Both the position numbers and the translations under genes were made by a program. Below are positions 18,072-27,566 of a DNA stretch of 32,000 nt, in pieces; position 1 is the first letter of the stretch, and the number at the start of each line of letters is the position of its first letter. This DNA comes from Cylindrospermopsis raciborskii Cr2010 (lineage in GTDB: Bacteria > Cyanobacteriota > Cyanobacteriia > Cyanobacteriales > Nostocaceae), in contig NZ_CP065936.1 in NCBI RefSeq assembly GCF_003367075.2, positions 1,350,001 to 1,382,000 on the forward strand, written 5' to 3'. Below the pieces are notes generated by a model. It was not told where the DNA came from, did no database searches, and worked only from the letters and a program-made list of their open reading frames with translations.

Positions 18072-18623
18072 CTATTTACCATCTTTGAGCCGAATATCAA
18101 TCACAGAAGCGTTGAAATTGTAGTTAAACCCTTCTAGTTCAAAAGGCATGCCAATTTTTACTTTACTATTACCCAAGACGGGCCCATTATCCGTAACTTG
18201 TGCTTTACCCTCTAAGGTCAGTAGAAAATCCGTACTAAAATTATTACTTCTTGGATCTGGTAGTTCCTTAATTGAACCATCTGGTTGGGGTACTAGGAGG
18301 GTTCTCTTTAACTCTTGAATGGATTTAATCCCAATTTGTCCGTAGGGTTGGTTACGAATAATTACGTTAGTTTTACCACCTTTGGTAAATCCCTGTTTAA
18401 ATAGTTGCTGACTGTCTCGGACATTTAAACCCCTTACTATTAGGTCTACTTCTATGGGAACTGTTTTCGTACCTATCTGAGCTACAGAACCGGAAGTCCC
18501 AGGGAATATAAAAATGCCAACTATCACTAGCAATATTACTAGTGCTGCACTTAGATCTAGGAAGTTAATTTTACCGAATAGCCGCCCCTTGGCATCTAGA
18601 ATATTCATTCTACTCCTTCGCAC
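18072..18623 (-). CDS. DUF4330-like protein
   Basis: MNILDAKGRLFGKINFLDLSAALVILLVIVGIFIFPG resembles cyanobacterial DUF4330 proteins; first methionine uncertain. Confidence 0.7.
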   Translation of the reverse strand: MRRSRMNILDAKGRLFGKINFLDLSAALVILLVIVGIFIFPGTSGSVAQIGTKTVPIEVDLIVRGLNVRDSQQLFKQGFTKGGKTNVIIRNQPYGQIGIKSIQELKRTLLVPQPDGSIKELPDPRSNNFSTDFLLTLEGKAQVTDNGPVLGNSKVKIGMPFELEGFNYNFNASVIDIRLKDGK

Positions 18624-19866
18624 CTGCTTGTATTAATAAATTACTTGTCTTCGTATAATTGTTAGATTTGGCAATCATTAAGGCTGTATACCCACCTTGA
18701 TTTTTTATGTTTACATTTGCTCCAGCTTGAATTAACATATCCACCGCTTGGGTATATCCTTGTGCAGTAGCATACATTAAGGGTGTGACACCCACTGGGT
18801 CTTGTAGGTTGACATTTGCTCCTTTTGTCAGGAGTAGTTGAAAAATTTCTGGATGGTTACCGATTATAGCTTTAACTAGGGCACTTTTGCCATCTTCAGC
18901 TATAACATCGATATTAACCCCACTTTCCAATAAAACCTTGACCGTTTCAGTATGTCCTTGGAATGCTGCCAAGGTCAAGGGGAATTCCCCCAAATTCTTT
19001 TTGCCACCATCTGCTCCTGCATCAAGTAGAACCCTGACTATTTCTTGGTATCCTTGAAATGCTGCTAAAATTAGGGGGGTGTCTCCCAAATTGTTTCTGA
19101 TTTCTAGGTTAGCACCCCTATTCACTAGGGTTTGCACTGTCTCTAGGTGGTTTTCGACAACGCTAAAGTGCATAGCTGTTTCACCTTCTTGATCCTGGTG
19201 ATTAATCTCTGCACCCCGATCTAACAGAACTTGGATAATTTCAGTATGTCCGCCAGCAGCAGCAGCTAGTAGTGCTGTAGTTCCATCACTATTCTCTAGG
19301 TTAGAGTTAACACCATATAATAAAGATGTTTTCACTATCTCTAGGTTACCATTATCTGCTCCCATAATTAACAGGCTTTCAGTTTCACCCTTAGTTTGAC
19401 TGTTTTTTACGAGAATGTTCAATATAACTCTATTATTCTGCCTAATTGCTAGTTTAAATGCATCCTCATTATGTTGGTCTACAATTTTTGGATCTGCTCC
19501 AAAATCTAACAGGTTTTGCACGGTCTCAATGTAGCCTTTTTCTACTGCTATCATTAATGCTGTGCTTCCATCTTCATTGACTGCATTTGTATTTGCTCCT
19601 TGAGATGTTAGCAATTTTACCACGTCAACTTGATTATGTGCAGCAGCTAACATTAATGCTGTTAAACCATGGAGTTTCCTGGGTAAATCAATATCAGCTC
19701 CAAAATCCAATAGGCAACGTACAATCTCCGTGTAGCCAAAATTAGCAGCAAACATTAATGCTGTCGTACCATGGCGATCGCCTGTATCTACTGGAAATCC
19801 CGATGCCAGTAATTGACGAACCTGCTGAACATTACCATTTTTCGCAGCCGTAAGTAAATCAATCAT
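18610..19866 (-). CDS. Ankyrin-repeat protein (roughly a dozen repeats)
   Basis: Repeated 33-aa units such as GTTALMFAANFGYTEIVRCLLDFGADIDLP and GLTALMLAAAHNQVDVVKLLTSQGANTNAV. Confidence 0.93.
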   Translation of the reverse strand: MIDLLTAAKNGNVQQVRQLLASGFPVDTGDRHGTTALMFAANFGYTEIVRCLLDFGADIDLPRKLHGLTALMLAAAHNQVDVVKLLTSQGANTNAVNEDGSTALMIAVEKGYIETVQNLLDFGADPKIVDQHNEDAFKLAIRQNNRVILNILVKNSQTKGETESLLIMGADNGNLEIVKTSLLYGVNSNLENSDGTTALLAAAAGGHTEIIQVLLDRGAEINHQDQEGETAMHFSVVENHLETVQTLVNRGANLEIRNNLGDTPLILAAFQGYQEIVRVLLDAGADGGKKNLGEFPLTLAAFQGHTETVKVLLESGVNIDVIAEDGKSALVKAIIGNHPEIFQLLLTKGANVNLQDPVGVTPLMYATAQGYTQAVDMLIQAGANVNIKNQGGYTALMIAKSNNYTKTSNLLIQAGAKE

Positions 19867-20015
19867 CTCATTAACCTCAATTTAAGTAAATACAATTAGT
19901 TGTAGTGTTATAATTGATGAATTATTATGGAGAACCCAAGTAAATCACTTTTTGCAGTGTTTGCCGTAATTTATGCTAAGTTTTATAAAGATTTAATACT
20001 TTAGGTAAATAAACC

Positions 20016-20486
20016 ATGAGTTTAGAACTTACTCCAGACGTAAAATTCGGTTTGGAATTTTTCCATCCCGCAATCATGTGGATATTGTTAGCGCTGTCAT
20101 TATATGCAGCTTACTTAGGGTTACAAGTACAGCGTACCAGAAATGCCCAAGGAGAAGAGAAGAAACAACTAATTAAGGGTAAATATAGCGATAAGCACCA
20201 CAAAATTGGCTCTGTACTCCTAGCGTTGATGGTAGGGGGTTCTATTGGGGGAATGGCGGTTACCTATATTAACAATGGTAAGTTATTTGTTGGCCCCCAT
20301 CTCCTAGCTGGTTTAGGCATGACCGGTTTAATTGCTTTTTCTGCTGCATTAGCTCCATTTATGCAAAAAGGAGCTAATTGGGCCCGGGCCACACATATTC
20401 TATTGAATTTTGGGATTTTGGGACTTTTTATTTGGCAAGCTGTGTCTGGTGTAGAAATTGTTCTCAAAATTATTGGTCAAGCCTAG
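20016..20486 (+). CDS. DUF4079 family membrane protein
   Basis: Four hydrophobic segments; FHPAIMWILLALSLYAAYLGLQVQRTR, HHKIGSVLLALMVGGSIGGMAVTYINNGKLFVGPHLLAG. Confidence 0.78.
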   Translation: MSLELTPDVKFGLEFFHPAIMWILLALSLYAAYLGLQVQRTRNAQGEEKKQLIKGKYSDKHHKIGSVLLALMVGGSIGGMAVTYINNGKLFVGPHLLAGLGMTGLIAFSAALAPFMQKGANWARATHILLNFGILGLFIWQAVSGVEIVLKIIGQA

Positions 20487-20499
20487 AATAGTTATAATA

Positions 20500-20525
20500 C
20501 TAGGGAGGGTAAATCCTCTCCCTAG
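20500..20525. terminator. Inverted repeat between convergent genes, candidate terminator
   Basis: CTAGGGAG (20500-20507) / CTCCCTAG (20518-20525); lacks a clear T-tract. Confidence 0.4.
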
Positions 20526-20549
20526 ATGTAAATGAGGTAGAACGCCTGG

Positions 20550-21251
20550 TCAACTCTCACTTTTTCCATGAAAGTCTTCTTGTACCTTACGAGTTAAGCG
20601 ACGAGATACCTGACGGACAACTTGATTTAACAGGCGATCGCCTGTGGACTGTACGAGGGAACTTGGTAAGCGTCTGATAAACTTGGGGAATTGTAAACAA
20701 ACAGTTAAATCCAATTGCCATTCCACTCTGGTAATACCTGGTGTATTTTCAATGAGTTGCATATGGGCATTATAGTTAATGTGGTAACCGGGAGATTGGT
20801 AGTTGGGGATGGGAATGGAGCGGATTTGACATTGATTTTTTCCGGGGACTAACAATTCCAAACCTATTTTTGGCTCTACTTCATAACCAAAAGCACCAAA
20901 TCTACCAATTACCAATGTATAACCATTCTCACCCAGGGGATGAACTACCATAGGTTGGGCACAACGTATAAACCATGCTGAATGACAGTTAAAATATTCC
21001 ATCACCTGTTCACTAGATGCTTGCATTTTCATAAACTCTCGATGATGACTATAGAATTTACTAGGAAATGCTTCATAGTTTTCTGTTAATGCGTCCTCAC
21101 TAATAAGATGAGATATAGGACTTGACAAAGAAGAATCAAGCTCATCTACTCCTAATTCTAAAGACTGAAATTCCCAATTATTTGCTACCATAATTCCGTT
21201 CTCTCTATAGTCAAAAGTTTTTGTATATTGCGTATCAATCATGATTTTCAA
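20550..21251 (-). CDS. DUF1997 family protein
   Basis: VMEYFNCHSAWFIRCAQPMVVHPLGENGYTLVIGRFGAFGYEVEPKIGLELLVPG and a long lipid-binding-like fold pattern. Start may be at internal MIDTQ. Confidence 0.7.
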   Translation of the reverse strand: MKIMIDTQYTKTFDYRENGIMVANNWEFQSLELGVDELDSSLSSPISHLISEDALTENYEAFPSKFYSHHREFMKMQASSEQVMEYFNCHSAWFIRCAQPMVVHPLGENGYTLVIGRFGAFGYEVEPKIGLELLVPGKNQCQIRSIPIPNYQSPGYHINYNAHMQLIENTPGITRVEWQLDLTVCLQFPKFIRRLPSSLVQSTGDRLLNQVVRQVSRRLTRKVQEDFHGKSES

Positions 21252-21424
21252 GCTGAGGTAGCTTGCTCAGACAAAAATTCAATTTTCATAAAGATATGGA
21301 AAAAAGCATCTACAAGACAGTTGTGCGTATATAACTATTATGCCATTATGTCATCCTATCCATAGATTCCTTAGAATAAATAACGAAACCAACAAACATA
21401 TTGTTTCCTAGGATAACCTTAATT

Positions 21425-22051
21425 ATGAAAGCATTTGTAGCAGGTGCAACAGGTCAAACAGGTCAGCGGATAGTAGAAGAGCTAGTGTCCAGAAATATTC
21501 CCGTGCGAGCGCTAGTGAGAGACGAGCAAAAAGCTCGAAATCTTCTTCCTTCCCAAGTTGAATTAATTGTGGGGGATATTTTGCAACCTGAAACCCTGGT
21601 TGCTGCTTTAGGTGACAGCACAGTAGTTTTATGTGCAACTGGTGCTAGACCGAGTTTTGACCCGACTGGTCCCTATCAGGTAGATTTCCAGGGGACAAAA
21701 AACCTAGTCAAAGCAGCTCAAGATAGAAAAATTCAACATTTTGTCCTAGTTTCTTCCCTATGCGTTTCCCAGTTATTCCATCCTCTCAACCTATTCTGGT
21801 TAATTTTAGTTTGGAAGAAACAAGCCGAAGAGTTTATTAGAAAAAGCGGAATAACTTATACAATTGTGCGACCTGGAGGATTAAAAAATGATGATAACTC
21901 TGATGAAGTTATTATGCAGGGTCCTGATACCTTATTTGAAGGTAGCATTTCTAGGAAAAAAGTAGCTCGGGTTTGTGTAGAATCATTGTTTGAAAAAGCC
22001 AGGTGGAATCAGATTGTGGAAATAATTGCTAAACCACTCAGTTCCAGTTAA
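21425..22051 (+). CDS. NAD(P)-binding SDR/NmrA-like protein
   Basis: MKAFVAGATGQTGQRIVEELVSRNIPVRALVRD (Rossmann glycine motif) and YTIVRPGGLKND; track start 21401 has a non-family N-terminal tail. Confidence 0.88.
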   Translation: MKAFVAGATGQTGQRIVEELVSRNIPVRALVRDEQKARNLLPSQVELIVGDILQPETLVAALGDSTVVLCATGARPSFDPTGPYQVDFQGTKNLVKAAQDRKIQHFVLVSSLCVSQLFHPLNLFWLILVWKKQAEEFIRKSGITYTIVRPGGLKNDDNSDEVIMQGPDTLFEGSISRKKVARVCVESLFEKARWNQIVEIIAKPLSSS

Positions 22052-22115
22052 TAATTTTGAACTCTTAACTGTAACAATCTGATAAAATTTATAAGGTCTC
22101 TTTGAGCTAGGAGCA

Positions 22116-23141
22116 ATGGGAACGACTGGTGTAAGAATCGCGATTGACGCTATGGGGGGGGACTACGCACCCGCCGAAATTGTTGCTGGCGCACTGCGAG
22201 CGAAAGAAGAATTGGGCGTTCACATCTTGCTAGTAGGTGATCCCCAACAAATTGAAGCTGTCATACCCCTTAAAAGCAATAGGTTAGGAATAGAAATTGT
22301 CCCAGCCCAGGACACAATTGGCATGGACGAAGAACCTTTAAGCGCTGTTCGTAGAAAGCGTGGAGCTTCTGTCAATGTGGCAATGGACTTAGTTAAAAAC
22401 AATCAAGCTGATGCTATATTCTCTGCTGGTCATTCCGGAGCAGCAATGGCATCAGCTTTATTACGACTGGGTAGGTTGCCGGGCATTGATCGTCCCGCTA
22501 TTGGCACAGTATTTCCTACCATAAAAGCAGGTAAGCCAGTATTAATACTTGATGTTGGTGCTAATGTAGACTGTCGCCCCAAATTTTTAGAACAGTTTGC
22601 GGTGATGGGTTCGATTTATAGCCAATACGTGCTGGGAATCAGTGAACCAAAAGTGGGATTATTAAATATCGGTGAAGAGGAAAACAAAGGCAATGAAGCT
22701 GCTGTGCGTGCTCACGAGTTATTACGGGAAAACACTCAAATTAATTTCAGTGGTAACGCAGAAGGACGTGATGTATTGTCCGGTGAATTTGATGTGATTG
22801 TCTGTGATGGATTTGTTGGTAATGTGTTGTTGAAATTTGCGGAGGCGGTAGGGGGTGTAATTTTACAAATACTGCGGGAAGAACTACCCCAAGGTATTAG
22901 AGGACAAATTGGCACAGCGATTTTAAAACCTAACCTCAAGCGAGTTAAACAGCGCATGGACCATGCTGAACATGGGGGAGCTTTACTATTAGGAGTCAAT
23001 GGAATTTGTTTCATTGGCCATGGTAGTTCCCAAGCACCCTCTATTTTTAGCGCCATTCGCATGGCCAAAGAAGCTGTAGATAATCAAGTGCTAGAAAGAC
23101 TACAGTCCAAATACAAAGTTCTACAGGGTGAACCCCAGTAA
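22116..23141 (+). CDS. plsX: Phosphate acyltransferase PlsX
   Basis: VRIAIDAMGGDYAPAEIVAGAL, AIFSAGHSGAAMASALLRLGRLPGIDRPAIGTVFPT, VDCRPKFLEQFAVMGSIYSQ. Confidence 0.95.
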   Translation: MGTTGVRIAIDAMGGDYAPAEIVAGALRAKEELGVHILLVGDPQQIEAVIPLKSNRLGIEIVPAQDTIGMDEEPLSAVRRKRGASVNVAMDLVKNNQADAIFSAGHSGAAMASALLRLGRLPGIDRPAIGTVFPTIKAGKPVLILDVGANVDCRPKFLEQFAVMGSIYSQYVLGISEPKVGLLNIGEEENKGNEAAVRAHELLRENTQINFSGNAEGRDVLSGEFDVIVCDGFVGNVLLKFAEAVGGVILQILREELPQGIRGQIGTAILKPNLKRVKQRMDHAEHGGALLLGVNGICFIGHGSSQAPSIFSAIRMAKEAVDNQVLERLQSKYKVLQGEPQ

Positions 23142-23190
23142 GAATTCTAGATGAATTTGAGGTTGTTAAGCCTATCCGCATAGCTTTCTA

Positions 23191-23230
23191 GAAGCGGTTA
23201 GCTCAATTCTAACTGCTTCCTGATGTTTTT
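23191..23230 (+). terminator. Terminator-like hairpin between plsX and fabH
   Basis: GAAGCGGTTAG (23191-23201) / CTAACTGCTTC (23209-23219), 11-bp stem with one G-U, 7-nt loop, then CTGATGTTTTT. Confidence 0.55.
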
Positions 23231-23330
23231 GCAGAAAATCTCCACCTCTAGCAAATTCGCTCAACCCAAATGACGGTGGTTTCGTCAGTCAATTAAACTG
23301 ACCGTGAACAAATGACAACGGAGATTAGGA

Positions 23331-24332
23331 GTGCAAAATTTATTCCTACAAGGTATAGCAATTACGGGTAGTGGGTCAGCCATAGCAAAAACTACCGTAG
23401 ATAACCAGTTGCTCACTCAACTGGTAGAAACTTCCGAGGATTGGATTACCACAAGAACAGGTATTTGTCAACGACAGTTGGCACTACCTCCCGAATCATT
23501 AACTACCTTAGCTACTGATGCTAGTCAACAAGCAATAACAGCAGCTGGGATTAAACCAGAAGATGTAGATTTAATCCTGTTGGCAACCTCTACTCCAGAT
23601 GATTTATTTGGCAGTGCTTGTCAAGTACAGGCTGAAATAGGTGCCGTTAAGGCTGTGGCCTTTGATTTAACCGCAGCTTGTTCTGGATTCGTCTTTGGAC
23701 TGGTGACTGCGGCCCAATACATAAGAACAGGAGTTTACCAAAATGTACTTCTAATAGGTGCAGATGTCCTCTCTCGTTGGGTAGACTGGCAAGATCGTCG
23801 CACCTGCATCTTGTTTGGTGATGGAGCAGGAGCAGTGGTATTGCAAGCTAATAAGAGCGATCGCCTATTAGGATTTGCCCTCAAAAGTGATGGTACACAA
23901 AACCACTATCTGAATTTGAGTTACCGAGGTAAGACCCAAGAGCTCAAACCAAATATTCATACTCCTATAGGTAGTTATGAACCCATCACAATGAACGGTA
24001 AAGAGGTTTATCGTTTTGCTGTGCAAAAAGTTCCAGAAGTGATAGACAAAGCTCTATTTAGTGCTAATTTGACTGTAGAGAGAATAGATTGGTTGATTTT
24101 GCACCAAGCCAACCAGCGAATTATTAACGCTGTTGCGCAAAGACTTAACATACCCGATCATAAAGTAATTAGTAACGTTGCTAATTATGGCAATACCTCT
24201 GCTGCTTCTATTCCCCTAGCGTTAGACGAAGCAGTGCGCCAGGGAAAAATCCAATCCAATGATATAATCGTTACATCCGGTTTCGGAGCGGGGTTGAGTT
24301 GGGGTGCAGCAATTTTCCAATGGGGTAAATAA
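23331..24332 (+). CDS. fabH: 3-oxoacyl-ACP synthase III FabH
   Basis: GTG start after GGAG; ITGSGSAIAKTTVDNQLL, SEDWITTRTGI, FDLTAACSGFVFGL (active Cys), LILHQANQRIINA, NYGNTSAAS. Confidence 0.95.
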   Translation: MQNLFLQGIAITGSGSAIAKTTVDNQLLTQLVETSEDWITTRTGICQRQLALPPESLTTLATDASQQAITAAGIKPEDVDLILLATSTPDDLFGSACQVQAEIGAVKAVAFDLTAACSGFVFGLVTAAQYIRTGVYQNVLLIGADVLSRWVDWQDRRTCILFGDGAGAVVLQANKSDRLLGFALKSDGTQNHYLNLSYRGKTQELKPNIHTPIGSYEPITMNGKEVYRFAVQKVPEVIDKALFSANLTVERIDWLILHQANQRIINAVAQRLNIPDHKVISNVANYGNTSAASIPLALDEAVRQGKIQSNDIIVTSGFGAGLSWGAAIFQWGK

Positions 24333-24372
24333 TAACAAGTCTAATGACCAATTATCAGCAACCAAATATCAA

Positions 24373-25296
24373 ATGACTAAAACTGCATGGGTATTTCCCG
24401 GACAAGGTTCTCAGTGCTTAAATATGGGAATAGATCTACTAAGTATAGAATCTGCCAAAGCCAAATTCGACCAGGCCAGAAATATTTTGGGGTGGTCCGT
24501 AGATGAAATCTGTCAAGGTGACGAAGCTAAATTATCACAAACAGTTTACACTCAACCCTGTTTGTATGTAGTTGAAAGTATTATAGCAGACCTGTTACGA
24601 GAAAGAGGGCAAAAACCAGACTTAGTTGCTGGTCATAGTTTGGGAGAATATATCGCCCTGTATGTAGCTGGTGTATTTGATTGGTCAACCGGATTGCAAC
24701 TGGTCAAACGACGTGGGGAAATAATGGATAATGCAGCTGGGGGAATGATGGCAGCATTACTTAATTTTGACAGACAGCAATTAGAAGAAGAGATTGCTAA
24801 AACACCTGGTGTTGTTTTAGCGAATGATAATAGTCCAGCTCAAGTTGTAATTTCAGGTATACCAACAGCAGTAGAAGCTGTAATGTCACAGGTAAAGGCA
24901 AAACGAGCAGTTGCCCTAAAAGTTTCTGGTGCATTTCATTCGCCATTAATGAAGGGTGCATCCGAGGAATTTCAAGCAATATTAAAAGATATAGCTTTTG
25001 AGACAGCAATAATTCCCGTATCTTCCAACGTTGACCCAATTCCCAGCACCAACCCACAGGTTTTGAAGGAACGTTTAATTGAACAAATGACAGGTTCAGT
25101 AAGGTGGCGAGAAATTTCCTTACAACTACCACAATCTGGGATTGAGAAAGTAATAGAAATAGGACCGGGTAATGTATTAACCGGGTTAATCAAACGTACT
25201 GTTCAGGGTATAGAACTGAAAAACATCCAGAATCTTGAACAAATTTCAAGCTCACCCGTAAAAGGAAAGAACCACACGAAAACCGGACATTCTTAA
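24373..25296 (+). CDS. fabD: Malonyl-CoA:ACP transacylase FabD
   Basis: MTKTAWVFPGQGSQCLNMG, VAGHSLGEYIALY (GHSxG), GAFHSPLM, NVLTGLIKRTV. ATG at 24373 fits family length better than 24304. Confidence 0.94.
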   Translation: MTKTAWVFPGQGSQCLNMGIDLLSIESAKAKFDQARNILGWSVDEICQGDEAKLSQTVYTQPCLYVVESIIADLLRERGQKPDLVAGHSLGEYIALYVAGVFDWSTGLQLVKRRGEIMDNAAGGMMAALLNFDRQQLEEEIAKTPGVVLANDNSPAQVVISGIPTAVEAVMSQVKAKRAVALKVSGAFHSPLMKGASEEFQAILKDIAFETAIIPVSSNVDPIPSTNPQVLKERLIEQMTGSVRWREISLQLPQSGIEKVIEIGPGNVLTGLIKRTVQGIELKNIQNLEQISSSPVKGKNHTKTGHS

Positions 25297-27126
25297 ACCA
25301 CCCTCTGCTTCATTCCAACTGCGACTGGCGCTACGACAAAGTTCTGCACTAAAATTCCAAGCGCCTCCACGCAATACCCGACGATTAATATCACCATTTG
25401 TATCCCAAACACTACCATCCCTAGGAGCGCCATGGTAATTATTATGCCAGGGATCAGCACACCATTCCCAAACCAGACCGTGCATATCATACAATCCGAA
25501 AGCATTTGCTAAGTTCAGGTTACCAACCTCTGTAATTTGTGGAGTGAAGTTTCTGCCAAAATCCGCTATATAAGATTGACTAACATTACAATTGATTAAG
25601 TCTGGAGTAATAGTTTCACCGAAGTAAAAAGCAGTAGTAGTTCCCGCACGACAAGCATATTCCCATTCTGCTTCACTTGGTAACCGATAATTTCTACCAG
25701 TGGTTAATGATAAACGTAAACAGAATTCCACTGCTTCGTACCAAGAGACATTTTCTACAGGTAAATTGACCCCCTTAAATTTGCTAGGATTGGGGTTGAG
25801 ATTTTGGGTAACCTTTGGTAATGTTGCTACTGCTTTCCATTGTGCTTGGGTAATGGGATATTTAGCCATATAAAATGGTTCAACAATTACCTGATGTTGG
25901 GGATGTTCATCCCCATTACCTTGAAATTCTGGTGAACCCATTAAAAAACTACCACCGGGAACTAATATCATTTCTAAATAGAGATGTTTATTTAGTTCTT
26001 CTGTAAAGAATTTTCCTATTCTTCTTTCATGCTTAACTTTATCATTTTCTTGATGGGATATCATGGTCTGAAACTCGAAGATTTCCAAGGGTGGAACATT
26101 CACAGCAAGTTTTTGCTGGGTGGTTGCTACTTCTATAATAGGAGTACCCAAGTTAATTTTTGATTCGTCGGAATTGATATAATTGAAATCACTGGTTAGG
26201 GTATGAGAAAAATCATTTTGTAGGTCATATAAAACTTCCATTGCTGACTGATATCTATCCTGGGCAAAATGTTGTAGCAAACGGTTCAAAATATATATTA
26301 ATTGCTGACTAACTATAACACCTCTACCCTGTAAAAATTCTTGCCATAACCATTTTGCTCTCATAGGGTCATAAAGAGGATCTTTGAGTTGATAACTATT
26401 TTGTACGGGTAAACATTGGGTCAATAGACGTATACAAGTTACACCTAAAGCATATAGGTCGCTAGCATGACAGGCAAAACCTGCCATTTGTTCTGTTGGT
26501 GCATAGCCTAAAGTGTATATAGCTGTTGCTTGTCTAGCCATGGTAGTTTTAGTGACTTGTTTAGCACCCCCAAAATCAATTAATACAAGTTTATTATCCA
26601 AACTACGACGAATAATATTTTCAGGTTTGATATCCCGATGGATAACATTTTTGTGGTGAATAAAATCCAGAACCGGTAATAAATCCAATAACAGTTGACG
26701 TATTTGAGCTTCAGTATAAGGTCGTTCTTTCACCTCTTCTAATAGAGTTTTACCAATGATAAATTCCTGAACTAAATATAAACTTGAACCCTGTTCAAAG
26801 TAAGCTAGTAAGCGGGGAATTTGAGAATGATTTTCTCCTAGTTCATATAAGCGATAAGCTTCTTCCTTAAAAAATTCTGCTGCTTTAGCACGTTCAACAG
26901 TTCCCTGAACCTGAGGAAAAAATTGTTTAATTACACAGGGTGCGTCTAATCTATCCACATCCTCTGCAGCATACGTCTTGCTGAAACCTCCCTCACCCAA
27001 TAACCGCAAAACGCGGTAGCGGTTTCTGAGGATTTCACCAAATTTATCATGTCCGCAAACGATGCAAAATCTACTGTGGTTGAGGTTGAACGGGTTAGAA
27101 CAATTGGGATTTTGACAGATTTGCAT
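25252..27126 (-). CDS. Ser/Thr protein kinase with N-terminal zinc-ribbon-like segment and C-terminal FGE-sulfatase-like domain
   Basis: CQNPNCSNPFNLNHSRFCIVCG; kinase motifs LLGEGGFSKTY, VIHRDIKPENII, LIDFGGAK; C-terminal PGGSFLMGSPEFQGNGDEHPQHQV, YRLPSEAEWEYACRAG, RVLRGGAWNFSAELCRSASR, GFRVV. Confidence 0.93.
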   Translation of the reverse strand: MQICQNPNCSNPFNLNHSRFCIVCGHDKFGEILRNRYRVLRLLGEGGFSKTYAAEDVDRLDAPCVIKQFFPQVQGTVERAKAAEFFKEEAYRLYELGENHSQIPRLLAYFEQGSSLYLVQEFIIGKTLLEEVKERPYTEAQIRQLLLDLLPVLDFIHHKNVIHRDIKPENIIRRSLDNKLVLIDFGGAKQVTKTTMARQATAIYTLGYAPTEQMAGFACHASDLYALGVTCIRLLTQCLPVQNSYQLKDPLYDPMRAKWLWQEFLQGRGVIVSQQLIYILNRLLQHFAQDRYQSAMEVLYDLQNDFSHTLTSDFNYINSDESKINLGTPIIEVATTQQKLAVNVPPLEIFEFQTMISHQENDKVKHERRIGKFFTEELNKHLYLEMILVPGGSFLMGSPEFQGNGDEHPQHQVIVEPFYMAKYPITQAQWKAVATLPKVTQNLNPNPSKFKGVNLPVENVSWYEAVEFCLRLSLTTGRNYRLPSEAEWEYACRAGTTTAFYFGETITPDLINCNVSQSYIADFGRNFTPQITEVGNLNLANAFGLYDMHGLVWEWCADPWHNNYHGAPRDGSVWDTNGDINRRVLRGGAWNFSAELCRSASRSWNEAEGGLRMSGFRVVLSFYG

Positions 27127-27477
27127 AGGTCCTAGTAAGAGAGAATTTTGTGCAAATTCCGACCCAATTTTTTATCAGTTTTCAGTTTTCAAGTTTCAGT
27201 TTTGAATTAGAATCAATAAATTTATATATGTGGGTGCATAGATTTATAATTGACTTATAACATCATATTATTTTGGGATTAATGGTAATGTTTAGAATAA
27301 GCATTAATTGATCATGGTAAAATAGGGACTTAATCTACTAGAGCTGAAAACAAGTTTGATGGGTAAAAATCTGTAATTGAGAAAATGGTAAAATAACTTT
27401 ACGTTCTGTTGGATTTTATACGATTTCCAATTTTGGTCACCGCTATACTGGATACCAAGGTTCTACCTGGGAATTGA

Positions 27478-27503
27478 TGAAGTGGCCAAACCACTTCATT
27501 TTT
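27478..27503 (+). terminator. Intrinsic terminator on the plus strand with no annotated upstream plus-strand gene nearby
   Basis: TGAAGTGG (27478-27485) - CCAAA - CCACTTCA (27491-27498) followed by TTTTT (27499-27503). Confidence 0.65.
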
Positions 27504-27506
27504 ATT

Positions 27507-27548
27507 TAAGTAGGGAGGTACAATTATTTGTAGTAGCGTAACCCAACT
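27507..27548 (+). repeat. MITE-like repeat, copy D, truncated
   Basis: TAAGTAGGGAGGTACAATTATTTGTAGTAGCGTAACCCAAC shares the left end of copies B and C. Confidence 0.6.
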
Positions 27549-27566
27549 AATCTATAATCACTATAA

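Noticed and set aside
24797-25132. Antisense ORFs opposite fabD
   Set aside because: FabD motifs are clear on the plus strand; the minus ORFs have no support.
25252-25400. Diversity-generating retroelement variable region
   Set aside because: No template repeat or reverse transcriptase is visible in the window, so I only keep it as a search suggestion.
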